Position numbers and translations under genes: made by a program. The notes under the pieces were generated by a model. That model ran no database searches. It was not told where the DNA came from and worked only from the letters and a program-made list of their open reading frames with translations. DNA of 64,000 bases from an uncultured cyanobacterium (GTDB taxonomy: Bacteria; Cyanobacteriota; Cyanobacteriia; Cyanobacteriales; CAWCAG01): assembly GCA_963793425.1 (NCBI GenBank), contig CAWCAG010000007.1, positions 256,001 through 320,000 of the forward strand, written 5' to 3'. Below are positions 21,044 through 31,900 of this stretch, piece by piece (positions within the stretch are counted from its first letter, which is position 1; the number at the start of each line of letters is the position of its first letter).

Positions 21044-21961
21044 CTAGGTTTGTGCCAATTGCCGCTCCCTGATACTCAATACGGTAAAGGCTAACAAAGT
21101 TCCTAGCAAAGCCGCACCAATGGCTTGATGAGTTACGGTTAAGGGTTCGACTTGAAGATGTAGCTTGAAAGTTGCCACACCTAAGATAATTTGTAACAAG
21201 ACTAAGACTCCAGAGTAATTTGCTAGTTGACTCAGGAGAGGATTTAAGCCAGAGGTACGCCAGGAAATGATTACTACGGCTACGGTAGCAATAGTGGGGG
21301 GGAAAACACCAATAATGTGGCTGTTCATGACAGCACATAACTGAGATGTACCGAAGCATTGGTGCAAAGCCCAACGGGAACCGACTAACCCTCCCAATAA
21401 ACTTTGTAAGTAAACTAAAACAGTGGCAGTTAAACCTAACCAAGGCAACTTTCCTACAGCAGAAGTACTTTGGTAAGAGCTAAGACTCGCACCGATAATA
21501 ATCAAAGTACTAAAGAATAATAAAGCTGTTCCTAAATGGGCTGTAACAATATCAAACCGCAACATTTGGGTTACAGTTAGCCCTCCCAAAACAGCTTGGA
21601 AAACAATTAAGCTAAGGGCAAGTAAAGTTGCCCAAGGTAGCCAAGCCGGGAGATCCCGACGATACCACCAACTCATAGCCACTAAAATTAGACTACTAAA
21701 ACCAATCAAACCTGCGTCTAAGCGGTGAAACCATTCTAGAAACACCTGAAGATTCATCTGTTGACTAGGGATTAGCTGCCCGTAACATAAAGGCCAGTCA
21801 GGACAGGCAAGTCCAGCATTCATCACCCGTGTAGCGCTACCCACTGCCATTAATAACCAAGTAGCGATCACAATTTTCCAGACGAAGCTGCGAATAAAAT
21901 TTTTAATTTGAGAGTTTGGGAGGGAAGAAGCAATTTTTCGATCAATTACTGATTCTGCCAT
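21044..21961 (-). CDS. ctaA: Heme a synthase (COX15/CtaA)
   Basis: GLACPDWPLC, EWFHR, TAHL, HQ motifs. Confidence 0.93.
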   Translation of the reverse strand: MAESVIDRKIASSLPNSQIKNFIRSFVWKIVIATWLLMAVGSATRVMNAGLACPDWPLCYGQLIPSQQMNLQVFLEWFHRLDAGLIGFSSLILVAMSWWYRRDLPAWLPWATLLALSLIVFQAVLGGLTVTQMLRFDIVTAHLGTALLFFSTLIIIGASLSSYQSTSAVGKLPWLGLTATVLVYLQSLLGGLVGSRWALHQCFGTSQLCAVMNSHIIGVFPPTIATVAVVIISWRTSGLNPLLSQLANYSGVLVLLQIILGVATFKLHLQVEPLTVTHQAIGAALLGTLLAFTVLSIRERQLAQT

Positions 21962-22216
21962 AATGCTTTAGTGCTTATCTTTTAAGTTCCTCCGGCAGTG
22001 AGCCATTACTTCTATTATTGAGCTAGCAAATCTAGAAAAAAGTTAAACAAACCTTAAATCTAGTCAAATCACTCTTTTTTGTTCGCGAAGATCCTGAAAA
22101 AAAACCAAAGAAAACTGTAAATTAAGCATTGCTGTCTCCCCTAACTTGATAGATTGTTTTACCTTGGTAACTGGAGGGAAAAGCAAAACCCTGAAACATT
22201 GAGCGCAAAAAAAACT

Positions 22217-23173
22217 GTGAATATTCCAAGTAGCATTACAACCCTAATCGCTGGTATCGCTTTAACTCTCGTCAGCCTCTGGTACGGACAAAATCATGGA
22301 CTGTTACCGGTACAAGCTTCAGCAGAAGCAGCCCAGGTGGATGGAATTTTTGACTTCATGATGACCATTGCTACTGGGCTGTTTTTTCTCGTCCAGGGGG
22401 TGCTAATTTTTTCAGTTATTAAATTCCGCCGACGCAAAGGGGATCAAACTGACGGCCCACCAATCGAAGGCAATATTCCCCTAGAGATTCTTTGGACAGC
22501 AATTCCTACGGTAATTGTTTTTATTATCGCCATTTATAGCTTTGAGGTTTATAACACCATGGGAGGCTTAGATCCGATGGCTTCTATGGATAACCGTCCT
22601 CAACAAAATCTTGTTGCCCTTAATCCTAGTCAGGGTGAAGTGGCTTTAGGATTAGGATCTTCCCCTTACGCCCCCACAGAAGATTCACCCTTGGAAGTTG
22701 ATGTTAATGGTCTTCAGTATGCCTGGATCTTTACCTACCCAGAAACTGGTGTCATTAGTGGCGATTTACATATTCCTTTAGGGCGGGAGGTGAAATTAAA
22801 TATTGCTGCCCAAGATGTACTCCACGCTTTTTGGCTACCAGAATTCCGCATTAAACAAGATGCAATTCCGGGACGCACTGCCCAATTGAGATTTACTGCT
22901 ACTCGCCCGGGCCAATATCCCATAATTTGTGCTGAACTTTGTGGCCCCTACCATGGCGGCATGAAGGCTCAGCTTTTTGTCCAGACTCCAGAAGAATATA
23001 ACCAGTGGATGGAGGAAAACTCACAATATTATTCTCAAAATCAATTGGATAAAGCAGTAGCTTTGCAAACAGCAAATAATTCTCCTGCTGCTGTGATCGC
23101 ACCTTTTGCTGAGGATATGGGAGTAACTCCCCAAGTTTTAGATGAATTACACGCTTTACATCACCACCAATAA
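22217..23173 (+). CDS. ctaC: Cytochrome c oxidase subunit II
   Basis: CuA motifs DVLHAFW and CAELCGPYHGGM; GTG 22217 is the likely start. Confidence 0.95.
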   Translation: MNIPSSITTLIAGIALTLVSLWYGQNHGLLPVQASAEAAQVDGIFDFMMTIATGLFFLVQGVLIFSVIKFRRRKGDQTDGPPIEGNIPLEILWTAIPTVIVFIIAIYSFEVYNTMGGLDPMASMDNRPQQNLVALNPSQGEVALGLGSSPYAPTEDSPLEVDVNGLQYAWIFTYPETGVISGDLHIPLGREVKLNIAAQDVLHAFWLPEFRIKQDAIPGRTAQLRFTATRPGQYPIICAELCGPYHGGMKAQLFVQTPEEYNQWMEENSQYYSQNQLDKAVALQTANNSPAAVIAPFAEDMGVTPQVLDELHALHHHQ

Positions 23174-23179
23174 CCAAAA

Positions 23180-24867
23180 ATGACCCAAGTACAAGTTCCT
23201 GAAACTGCGCCAAAACCTGCGCCCTCGCCCCATGCCCATCCTGAAAAGTGGGCTTGGTGGCAATATTTCACTTTTAATACCGACCATAAGGTAATTGGTA
23301 TTCAATACCTAGTCACATCTTTTCTCTTTTACTTAGTGGGGGGAACCTTAGCAGAAGGAGTCCGTACTGAATTAGCAACCCCAGCACCGGATTTCGTCAC
23401 CCCAGAAGTATATAACCAGCTTTTCACCATGCACGCCACGGTGATGATTTTTCTCTGGATTATACCTGCGGGGGCTGCTTTTGCTAATTATTTAATTCCT
23501 TTAATGATCGGGCCAAGGATATGGCTTTCCCCCGGTTAAATGCAGTGGCGTTTTGGATGCTGCCTCCTGGGGGTATTTTCTTGATGTGTAGCTTCTTTGT
23601 GGGTGCGCCGCAAACAGGTTGGACAGCTTATCCTCCCTTGAGTTTAGTTTCTGGGCAGTGGGGACAAGAAATTTGGATTCTTAGCGTCCTGTTGTTGGGA
23701 ACTTCTTCGATGTTAGGTTCCATTAACTTCGCCACCACCATCTTGAAAATGCGTATCCCGGATATGACTATCCATGATATGCCTCTATTTTGTTGGTCAA
23801 TGTTAGCCCTTTCTGGTTTAACCCTAATTGGGACACCAGTTTTAGCGGGGGCAGTAATTTTACTTTCTTTTGATTTAATTGCCGGAACCAATTTCTTCAA
23901 CCCTGCCGGAGGAGGAGATCCCATTGTTTATCAGCATATGTTCTGGTTTTACTCCCACCCGGCAGTTTATATTATGATTCTGCCGATTTTCGGTATGATC
24001 TCGGAAATCTTACCCACCCATTCTCGCCAACCAATTTTTGGTTATCGGGCGATCGCCTATTCTAGTTTAGCGATCGCCTTTTTAGGCTTAATCGTCTGGG
24101 CCCACCATATGTTTACCAGTGGGACTCCTGGCTGGATGCGGATGTTTTTCATGGCTGCTACCATGATTATCGCCGTACCCACAGGCATCAAAGTCTTTGG
24201 TTGGTGTGCCACCATTTGGGGAGGCAAAATCAGCTTAAACACCCCTATGTTATTCGCCATTGGCTTCCTTTCTGCCTTCCTAATTGGGGGATTGAGTGGA
24301 GTAATGTTAGCCTCTGTTCCCTTTGACATCCACGTCCACGACACCTACTTTGTGGTTGCCCACCTCCACTACGTCCTCTTCGGTGGTAGCGTTTTAGGAC
24401 TCTTCGCCGGAATTTACCATTGGTATCCCAAAATGACCGGGCGGATGTATAACGAATTTTGGGGTCGGGTTCACTTTGTTTTCACCTTCATCGGTTTAAA
24501 CATGACCTTCTTACCCATGCACAAATTAGGTTTAATGGGTATGAATCGTCGCATTGCCCTTTATGATCCACAATTCCAAGACTTAAATATAGTTTGTACC
24601 ATCGGTTCCTATATTTTGGCTGTTTCCACAGTTCCTTTTATCATCAACGCCATTTGGAGTTGGTTCAAAGGGCCTCAAGCAACCTACAATCCTTGGAAAG
24701 CCTTAACCCTAGAGTGGCAAACCACCTCTCCCCCTGCCATAGAAAACTTCGACGAAGAGCCAATTCTTTGGTGTGGCCCTTACGACTACGGTATTGACGG
24801 CGAAGGTATAGATGCGGAGTTAACAGTAGAAGACTTACTGGCAGAAGTTAAGGCTGATGCAGTTTGA
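23180..24867 (+). CDS. ctaD: Cytochrome c oxidase subunit I, split by a single-base frameshift at about 23510-23512
   Basis: ORFs 23180-23539 (TDHKVIG, FTMHAT) and 23521-24867 (WFYSHPAVY, WAHH, HDTYFVVAHLH); adding one G restores IGAKDMAFPRLN. Confidence 0.93.
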
Positions 24868-24918
24868 TATGGCTAGTTGCTAGTCGCTAATTGATAAAAG
24901 AAGGAAAAATAATCAACT

Positions 24919-25545
24919 ATGCAAGGTTCAACTTCAATAGATTCGTCGAAAACAACTCTCAATTATCAGGGTGAATTAGAAACAGGGGCAGCCCATGAGG
25001 AACATCCTGATTTGCGGATGTTTGGCTTAGTCTTGTTTCTGGTGGCTGAGAGTATGATCTTTCTCGGTTTGTTTGCGGCTTATTTAATTTATCATTTCAC
25101 TATGCCCGTTTGGCCCCCAGAAGGTCAGCCGGAGTTGGAACTTTTACTGCCAACCATTAACACAGTGATCCTCATCTCCAGCAGCTTTGTCATGCACAAA
25201 GGGCAAAGTGCAATTAAGAAAGATGATACTAAAGGGTTGCAACTTTGGTTTGGTATAACTGCTGTGATGGGAGCAATTTTCTTAGTCGGACAAGCTTATG
25301 AATATAGCCATTTAGAATTCGGTTTAACTAGTAATATTTTTGCTAGTTGTTTCTATGTCTTAACCGGATTCCACGGTTTGCACGTCACTTTAGGCTTGTT
25401 ACTAATCCTGGCTGTTTTGTGGCGATCGCGCGAAGAAAAGCACTATTCTGGTGCAGAACATTTTGGTGTGGAAGCTGCTGAACTTTATTGGCACTTTGTT
25501 GATGTAGTTTGGATTATTCTTTTCGGTTTAGTTTATTTGCTTTAA
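24919..25545 (+). CDS. ctaE: Cytochrome c oxidase subunit III
   Basis: FLVAESMIF, TGFHGLHV, YWHFVDVVW. Confidence 0.95.
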   Translation: MQGSTSIDSSKTTLNYQGELETGAAHEEHPDLRMFGLVLFLVAESMIFLGLFAAYLIYHFTMPVWPPEGQPELELLLPTINTVILISSSFVMHKGQSAIKKDDTKGLQLWFGITAVMGAIFLVGQAYEYSHLEFGLTSNIFASCFYVLTGFHGLHVTLGLLLILAVLWRSREEKHYSGAEHFGVEAAELYWHFVDVVWIILFGLVYLL

Positions 25546-25552
25546 CAGAGTC

Positions 25553-25574
25553 GGGGCAATAGACTCATTGCCCC
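25553..25574 (+). terminator. Hairpin right after ctaE
   Basis: GGGGCAAT-agactc-ATTGCCCC. Confidence 0.5.
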
Positions 25575-25631
25575 AACACAAAGCCACTTATTAATCTATG
25601 AAAGCGATCGCCCTAATCATTTATCATTATT

Positions 25632-25702
25632 GGCGTTTCGCGTAGTAAATGCGACAATGCTCCGCAAACGTGTAAACGTTGTCGTATTTACTATGCGTTG
25701 CC
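25632..25702. repeat. Long palindromic miniature element
   Basis: CGCGTAGTAAATGCGACAATG / CGTTGTCGTATTTACTATGCG arms. Confidence 0.65.
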
Positions 25703-25831
25703 GTAGGCTACATTAAACATTTAATAGAAAATCAAAATTCTCTGTAGGGGCGACCTGTTTTCCTTACCTTAGCCAATTAACAATTTAAGTAAAAGTCCAA
25801 TCTGTCAAACCCCTGTGGTTAGATTCAGCAA

Positions 25832-25960
25832 CGTAGGGTGTGTTGGTGCTGCGAAAAATTATGGCAAGTCTACCACAATCTTGATTCAGCGCTTAACGCA
25901 CCGTCTTAGCTTTTTCACTTCAAGATGGTGCGTTACGCTTGCAGCTAACGACACCCTACG
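25832..25960. repeat. REP/REPIN-like composite palindromic element
   Basis: Perfect 10-bp ends CGTAGGGTGT/ACACCCTACG, internal TAACGCACCGTC...GATGGTGCGTTA. Confidence 0.7.
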
Positions 25961-26144
25961 AACTACAGATAAGAAACGACAAAAACCTCCCCTCGACCTC
26001 TCTCTCTTACCCCTGCCAAAGCCCTTGAAAAATTGCGTTTTGGCTTAACTTGTCACGATTGGCTAATGGCTAAGATAGAAGATTATGGTGCGGATCGCTT
26101 ATACCAGTCACTTAACTAAACCGGAGAAGGCTTACCGCCAATAA

Positions 26145-27920
26145 TTTGTAACTATCCTTTACCTGAATATTAACCAGCTAACGGCACTACCAGCAGAAAT
26201 AGTCCAACTACCCAAATTAAAAAGACTTTACCTACAGGGCAATCCTCTCCCCATTTCTCCTGAAATTCTGGCTGATAATAACGCAAAAAGTATTCTTAAC
26301 TTTTACTTCGCCACCCAAGACCCCAACGCTACAGAAAAACTCTACGAAGCCAAATTCCTCATCGTCGGCGAAGGGGGAGCGGGAAAAACCTCCCTGGCTA
26401 AAAAGATTCAAGATTCGGAATACAAACTCAATCCCAATGAAAAATCTACCCACAGCATAGAAGTAATTCAATGGCGCTTTCCCCTTGATGATGGGCAAGA
26501 ATTTCGCGCCAACCTCTGGGACTTTGGGGGGTAGGCAATCTACCACCAAACTCACCAATTTTTCCTCACAAAACGCTCCCTTTATGCCCTCGTCGCCGAC
26601 ACTCGTAAGGAAAATACTGACTTTCCCTATTGGCTCAACTCCATAGAATTCTTTGGTGGGGATAGTCCGGTGTTGTTGATTAAGAATGAGAAAAACGATC
26701 GCCCCTGCAATGTTAACGAGGGAAGACTAAAAAGAGACTTTCATTACATCAAAGAAATTTTACCCACCAACCTTAAAGATGGTCGCGGTTTAGAAGAGAT
26801 TAAAACCGCCATCCGCTACCACATTAGCCGCCTGGAATATGTCGGTACTCCTTTACCTAAAAAATGGGACCGGGTGCGTTATGCCCTGGAAAATGATGCC
26901 CGTAACTATATTGATCAGGGTGATTACTTTGCCCTGTGTAAAAGAAATGGAGTGAGGGAGAGAGAAGAAATGCTGCAAATTAGTGACTTCCTACATAAAT
27001 TGGGTATCTGTCTCCACTTTCAAGAAGATTCTACCCTCAAACATATTGTCATTCTCCGTCCCGAATGGGCTACTAATGCTGTTTATGCGGTGTTAAAAAA
27101 TAACAAAGTTGCTGCGGCTAAAGGTTTATTTACTTCCTCTGACCTCAAAGAAATTTGGCAAGAGAGGCAATATACCCATATGGGAGATGAATTGCTGCAA
27201 CTGATGGAGAGGTTTAAGCTTTGCTACCCCATCCCTGGCTTACCGCAACATTATATTGCCCCGCAACTCCTGGAATTTGAACCACCAGATTATGATTGGG
27301 AGGAGAAAAATAACTTGATGCTGCGCTACGAATATGAGTTTATGCCCAAGGGCATCATCACCCAACTTATTGTCCGGCTTTATCGCTGGATTGAACAACA
27401 GCAAATTGTTTGGCGTAGCGGTGTCGTCCTTAACAATAGTCGCGCCCGCGCCGAAGTCATCGAAACATATCGCCCCTATAAAGGAGAAATCTGCCTCCAG
27501 GTTTCTGGTGTCCAGAATAAGGAACTTCTCAGCGTGGTGGCTAACGAAATTGACCAAATAAATAGTTCTTTTGAAAGAATAGATGTTAGTAAAAAGATTC
27601 CCTGTAACTGCCAGGAATGCCAGAAAGATCCTGACCCCTATTTCTTTAACTTAGAAACCCTCTATCGCGCCCTTGATAAAAAGCATTATACAATCGATTG
27701 CCACAAAAGCTTTGAAGATGTGAATGTTCGCAGCTTAACGGCTGTGGTAGCAAGTGACTTCTTGTTAGGAGGAGATAAAAAACAAATTGAGCAAGAAAGA
27801 TTTGAACGCTTAAAAGAGCAACATACTGAATATTACCAACCTAACACTGATTTGAGCGACAATATTTTTATTAATGCTGGGGTCGCTTTTCTTGATGGTT
27901 TGAGCGGGGAACCTGATTAA
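26145..27920 (+). pseudogene. LRR-Roc-COR (Roco) protein pseudogene
   Basis: In frame upstream of the 26670 ORF: LRR TILYLNINQLTALPAEIVQLPKLKRLYLQGNPL, P-loop GEGGAGKTSL, then WDFGG*AIYHQTHQFFLT with TAG at 26532-26534; no start codon, upstream LRRs missing; COR domain follows. Confidence 0.88.
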
Positions 27921-28012
27921 GACTAATTCGGTGGGGAGTAGCATCGTATCAAACGTCAAAAAGCTTACCGCCCGCGAAATCCCCAAAAATAATCTGTGCA
28001 ACCAAACCGGAT

Positions 28013-28822
28013 TTAGTATGAGTCCTTGTTAAGGAAATCCACCTGAAACACCTCAGCAAAAGCTGCCGCTATATCTTGGCGTACAACTTCAAACTTGATT
28101 CCTGGCTTAAACTGAGCTAAACTAGCAACTGGCTTATGGGCAATACCACAAGGGACAATAGGCTCAAAACCTGTCAGATCAGGACAAATATTTAAAGCAA
28201 AACCGTGCATAGTAATCCAACGACTAACCTTAATACCAATCGCTGCTACCTTACACCCTTCTAACCAAACCCCCGTTAAACCAGGTTCCCTTACCCCAGG
28301 AAGTCCGTAGGTTTTTAAGACTGTGATAATTACTTCTTCCAATTGCCGTAAATACCAATGTAAATCCTGTTGGTAGTAACGCAGATTAAGAATAGGATAA
28401 CCCACTAGTTGCCCTGGACAGTGGTAAGTAACTTCTCCTCCTCGTTCAATACGATGAACTTCCCAATTACTCTGGTGAGGGGAAAATTTGAGAAAATCTA
28501 ATTTCGCTCCTTTGCCCAAGGTATAAACCGGGGGATGCTCTAACAATAAGAGTACATCATCAAGTTGGGGATTTTCTTTTCTCTGTGCTACTAAGGAAAG
28601 CTGTTCTTGCCAAGCAATTTTGTAGGGGGTTAAGCCTCGATTGCATAACACACATTGCCTTCTTAATTCAACAGCATTTATAGCTTTTACCTCAGAATTT
28701 ACTTTAAAAAATGTCAAGGGATGCAAAGGATAATAAAGAGAACTTCTTTTGAATATACTTTCTAGGATACAAAGTGTTAAGATAAGGTTATAGAGCAAGT
28801 TGCGAAGGAGGAAACTTATCAA
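28013..28822 (-). CDS. lipB: Lipoyl(octanoyl) transferase
   Basis: [45 protein letters not shown]; true start is probably downstream of 28822. Confidence 0.95.
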   Translation of the reverse strand: MISFLLRNLLYNLILTLCILESIFKRSSLYYPLHPLTFFKVNSEVKAINAVELRRQCVLCNRGLTPYKIAWQEQLSLVAQRKENPQLDDVLLLLEHPPVYTLGKGAKLDFLKFSPHQSNWEVHRIERGGEVTYHCPGQLVGYPILNLRYYQQDLHWYLRQLEEVIITVLKTYGLPGVREPGLTGVWLEGCKVAAIGIKVSRWITMHGFALNICPDLTGFEPIVPCGIAHKPVASLAQFKPGIKFEVVRQDIAAAFAEVFQVDFLNKDSY

Positions 28823-29154
28823 ATCTTACTCCAAAGCTTAGCCAGAGTATAGCTAAAAAAAAGACTATCTTTTTAGTTAGAACCCATAGATACATTCATG
28901 GTTCTTTTTCAAACAAAATAATCTTGTAGCCTAGCTAGGTTAGCTAATACTGAGCTTTAGTGTCAAGGTTTGGAGGCAATTTTTATCTTCAATAAATGTT
29001 TCAATCAACCAATTTTCTCAGTTGGAGAAAGATCAAGGCTTTATGCCAGATAAATTACAAAGATTTAGATTAGCATCCCTAGCTAAAAAAAGGGAAGAAA
29101 TTTTCTTCTTTGCTTCCAACGGAAAACTTAGCAGAACGAAATGGAGTAGTCAAT

Positions 29155-29820
29155 ATGAAGCTTTTGATCCAGGGCAATAATATTGTAGTTACCGATGCAA
29201 TTCGTGAGTATGTTCACACCAAATTAGAGAAATCTGTTCGACACTTCCAAAATATCACTAGTACCATTGATGTACACTTATCGGTAGGACGCAATCCCCG
29301 GATAACAGGCAGACAAACGGCAGAGGTTACTGTCCATGCAAATGGTACTGTAATACGGGCCCAAGAGAGTAGCGAAGATTTATACGCCAGCATTGATTTG
29401 GTTTCTGATAAAATAGCTCGTCAGCTACGCAAGTATAAAGAAAAACATTTACACAAAAAGACCCATGCCCAGCCGAAAACTGGCATCATGATTGAAGAGG
29501 AGCCAGTAGTAGAAAATTTAGTCGGCGATCGCACTCCTGAATTACCTAGTGAGGTGGTACGGACAAAGTATTTTACTATGCCACCAATGAGTGTGGAGGA
29601 AGCTTTAGCAAGCTTGCAATTAGTTGACCATGATTTTTATATGTTCTGCAACCAAGAAACAGGACAAATTAATGTCATTTACCAACGCAATCATGGCGGT
29701 TATGGTGTAATTATACCTCGTCTTAGTAACGGGAATAGCAATGGTAAGAATGGTAGTAATGGTGACGAAGCAGAAGTGGATTATGAATCATTAGAAGTAT
29801 ATCCTGCTGCACAAGTTTAA
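29155..29820 (+). CDS. lrtA: Ribosome hibernation factor / light-repressed protein LrtA
   Basis: [27 protein letters not shown] before ATG 29155. Confidence 0.93.
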   Translation: MKLLIQGNNIVVTDAIREYVHTKLEKSVRHFQNITSTIDVHLSVGRNPRITGRQTAEVTVHANGTVIRAQESSEDLYASIDLVSDKIARQLRKYKEKHLHKKTHAQPKTGIMIEEEPVVENLVGDRTPELPSEVVRTKYFTMPPMSVEEALASLQLVDHDFYMFCNQETGQINVIYQRNHGGYGVIIPRLSNGNSNGKNGSNGDEAEVDYESLEVYPAAQV

Positions 29821-29827
29821 TTCAGTC

Positions 29828-29848
29828 GGGACGAGGAAACCCTCGTCC
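29828..29848. terminator. Hairpin between convergent lrtA and CAP-domain gene
   Basis: GGACGAGG-aaac-CCTCGTCC. Confidence 0.55.
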
Positions 29849-29854
29849 TCGTCC

Positions 29855-30868
29855 CTATTCTCGAACAATCAGAGTATAATTTCCCTTACTTTGAGATTCG
29901 TAGCTATTAACGATGATGCGATAAGTATCATCTTTTGGTAAGGTAATTGTTAGCTGAGAATTTTTGTTTTCATCACTAATATCATCATTTTGACCAATTA
30001 CCTGATTATCAGAATCAACTATGGCTAAATAAGGATCGAAGTCTTCACTTTTCAAAAAAATAGTTATAGATTGGGCGGTAGTTCCTGGCAATGAATAACT
30101 ATCGTATAAACTATTATCGGAACTGAGAGTTTTATCCCCTTCTTCCAAAGCCCCTTTCTTGACTAACAAAGGTAGAGAATCCTGATAACTCCCTGCATAA
30201 GTAACGGCACAGAGATTACCAAAAACCGGATGAATGTCGCAAGCAACCCCTGTCGCATTATATCGGGGTTCAAGGATATTCTGTCGATGAATGCGGTTAG
30301 TAATGCCATCACCAATAACCATTAGCATAACGATATCCTGGGCAGAACTGCCCCCGTAACTAATATTTTCTCCTTGCTTACCACTAGCTATGCCATAAAG
30401 GGCGATCGCCTCACTAACTTTAGTGCGATTGCTAGCCATCTCCTCATTGGTATCACTCCCTTCTTTGACTAAATCTTGAGCTGCCATAGACATACCGTTA
30501 AAGGTTGTTAAAGGCAATAAAGGTTCAGTTTGACGTAATACAGTAACTGCTTCATCTAAAGCGCTGACTCCTTCTTTGGTCAAGACGATGGTACGGCCAG
30601 GTATCCTTAACAAAGTGTCCTTGTAATATTGTCTCATCTCCTCAAGCCAATCTGCATAGGCCGCAGGATTAGTTCGCGCTAAGTTCATTTGGGCAATAAT
30701 TTCTTGTTCTAAAGCTGATAATGTCAGGTTTTCTTCTGATTGAGAAGGAACAACAATCTCTTCTTGGGCATTAACCAAAGGCTGCGTAGCGTTTACCACA
30801 CTAAACAATAAAGAACTGATTAGCAAGGTTGAAGGTATTCTTTTCATCGGCATAGTGAATCTCGGCAA
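29855..30868 (-). CDS. Secreted CAP (SCP) domain protein with C-terminal PPC domain
   Basis: Signal peptide, NLARTNP, GENISYG, HRQNIL; DFDPYL...NDD...NSQL...YRIIVNSY PPC motif. Confidence 0.82.
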   Translation of the reverse strand: MPRFTMPMKRIPSTLLISSLLFSVVNATQPLVNAQEEIVVPSQSEENLTLSALEQEIIAQMNLARTNPAAYADWLEEMRQYYKDTLLRIPGRTIVLTKEGVSALDEAVTVLRQTEPLLPLTTFNGMSMAAQDLVKEGSDTNEEMASNRTKVSEAIALYGIASGKQGENISYGGSSAQDIVMLMVIGDGITNRIHRQNILEPRYNATGVACDIHPVFGNLCAVTYAGSYQDSLPLLVKKGALEEGDKTLSSDNSLYDSYSLPGTTAQSITIFLKSEDFDPYLAIVDSDNQVIGQNDDISDENKNSQLTITLPKDDTYRIIVNSYESQSKGNYTLIVRE

Positions 30869-30920
30869 TCCAGAACAAGTATTATAGAAGAAAATCCCCC
30901 TATCTTTCGTTACATTCTTA

Positions 30921-30966
30921 ACTTGAAGAGCAAATTATTGAGAAATGTATTAATAGCTTACTTCAA
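30921..30966 (+). repeat. Direct repeat copy 1 (46 bp) flanking the TA module
   Basis: 41/46 identical to 31793-31838 by manual alignment. Confidence 0.85.
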
Positions 30967-31027
30967 TGGATAAAGAATAATGTGACTAAGTAGGTTCTTT
31001 TCAATCCTTAAATCAGGATAGATCGTA

Positions 31028-31387
31028 CTAAAAAGGAATCCAATCCAATCTATCTAGCCATTCTTCTGCTTCACTCACCTCCCAAACCACGTATATTGCC
31101 TCTGCTATTTCACCTAATGATGCACCTGGACGTACCCAGAAAAGACCCCAAATCGTCCCTCCTTCTGCCCAATATTGTTCTAAATGCCCTGGCATACTTT
31201 TACGATTATCTGTTACTAGTAGTCTTTTGGATAACTCTAGATAACTTAAAATATCAGGGTCAAGAGTTGCTAAAGCTGGAGCATTTATTTCCCCTACACG
31301 GATAATATCTATAGTAGGATTGAGATTTAATACAGAGGTTTTGAGACGAGGTGATAGATTTTCATCAACTAAGAAACAGACTTTCAT
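31028..31387 (-). CDS. DUF5615 PIN-like protein (putative toxin)
   Basis: FLVDENL, DPDIL, LLVTDNRKSM; 4-nt overlap with DUF433 gene. Confidence 0.82.
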   Translation of the reverse strand: MKVCFLVDENLSPRLKTSVLNLNPTIDIIRVGEINAPALATLDPDILSYLELSKRLLVTDNRKSMPGHLEQYWAEGGTIWGLFWVRPGASLGEIAEAIYVVWEVSEAEEWLDRLDWIPF

Positions 31388-31716
31388 TGAGGATTGAATA
31401 TTGCTTTTGCTCTTTTTTCTCTAGCTTTCTTGAGACGTTGGATCAAAGGGTCTGGATTAGCTAACCACTCTTGGTAGCGCTGTTCTTTCCACCTTCTTAA
31501 GCGCACTAAGTAATCGTTTATTTCTTTTTGATTGTGTAGATAGTAAGTAATAGTTGCGTAAATTTCCTCTAAGCTCAAATCTGGGTAAACGGCGGCAATT
31601 TCATTGGGATTATAGCCGTTAAGGAAATAGTCTAGCACGTTGTCAATGCCAATACGATGTCCAGAGATACGAATATCATCGGGGGACAGAAAGTCAAAGT
31701 AATCTTCCAGTTTCAT
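31384..31716 (-). CDS. DUF433 protein (putative antitoxin)
   Basis: IRISGHRIGI...YPDLSLEEIYATITYY. Confidence 0.85.
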   Translation of the reverse strand: MKLEDYFDFLSPDDIRISGHRIGIDNVLDYFLNGYNPNEIAAVYPDLSLEEIYATITYYLHNQKEINDYLVRLRRWKEQRYQEWLANPDPLIQRLKKAREKRAKAIFNPQ

Positions 31717-31792
31717 AGAGTATACGATTAAGAATCAATAATTAATTTAGCGCTTTTTGTCAAGGTATTGCTTAATTATTAAACAGTTCATC

Positions 31793-31838
31793 ACTTGAAG
31801 AGGAAATTATTTAGAAATGTATCAATAGCTTATTGCAA
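31793..31838 (+). repeat. Direct repeat copy 2 (46 bp) flanking the TA module
   Basis: 41/46 identical to 30921-30966. Confidence 0.85.
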
Positions 31839-31885
31839 GCTAATCTCAATATGCTATGTTAAGGTTATTGCAAATTATTCTGATT
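31831..31885 (+). promoter_or_regulatory. Promoter of the peptide gene: two Fur-box-like 19-mers around an extended -10
   Basis: ATTGCAAGCTAATCTCAAT (31832-31850), TGnTATGTT (31852-31860), ATTGCAAATTATTCTGATT (31867-31885). Confidence 0.5.
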
Positions 31886-31900
31886 ATCAAGAGGTGCATC

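Noticed and set aside
23500..23540. Programmed frameshift or natural split of ctaD
   Set aside because: No slippery heptamer or stimulatory structure; a 1-nt homopolymer loss explains it.
25815..26048. 77-aa ORF
   Set aside because: Lies over a palindromic repeat element; no protein features.
26532..26534. Amber read-through or recoding in the Roc domain
   Set aside because: The gene also lacks its 5' end, TAG is an ordinary stop for many genes here, and a CAG to TAG transition is simpler.
31856..31900. Longer 60-aa version of the peptide ORF
   Set aside because: The extension overlaps the predicted -10 and operator; the RBS sits in front of ATG 31901.
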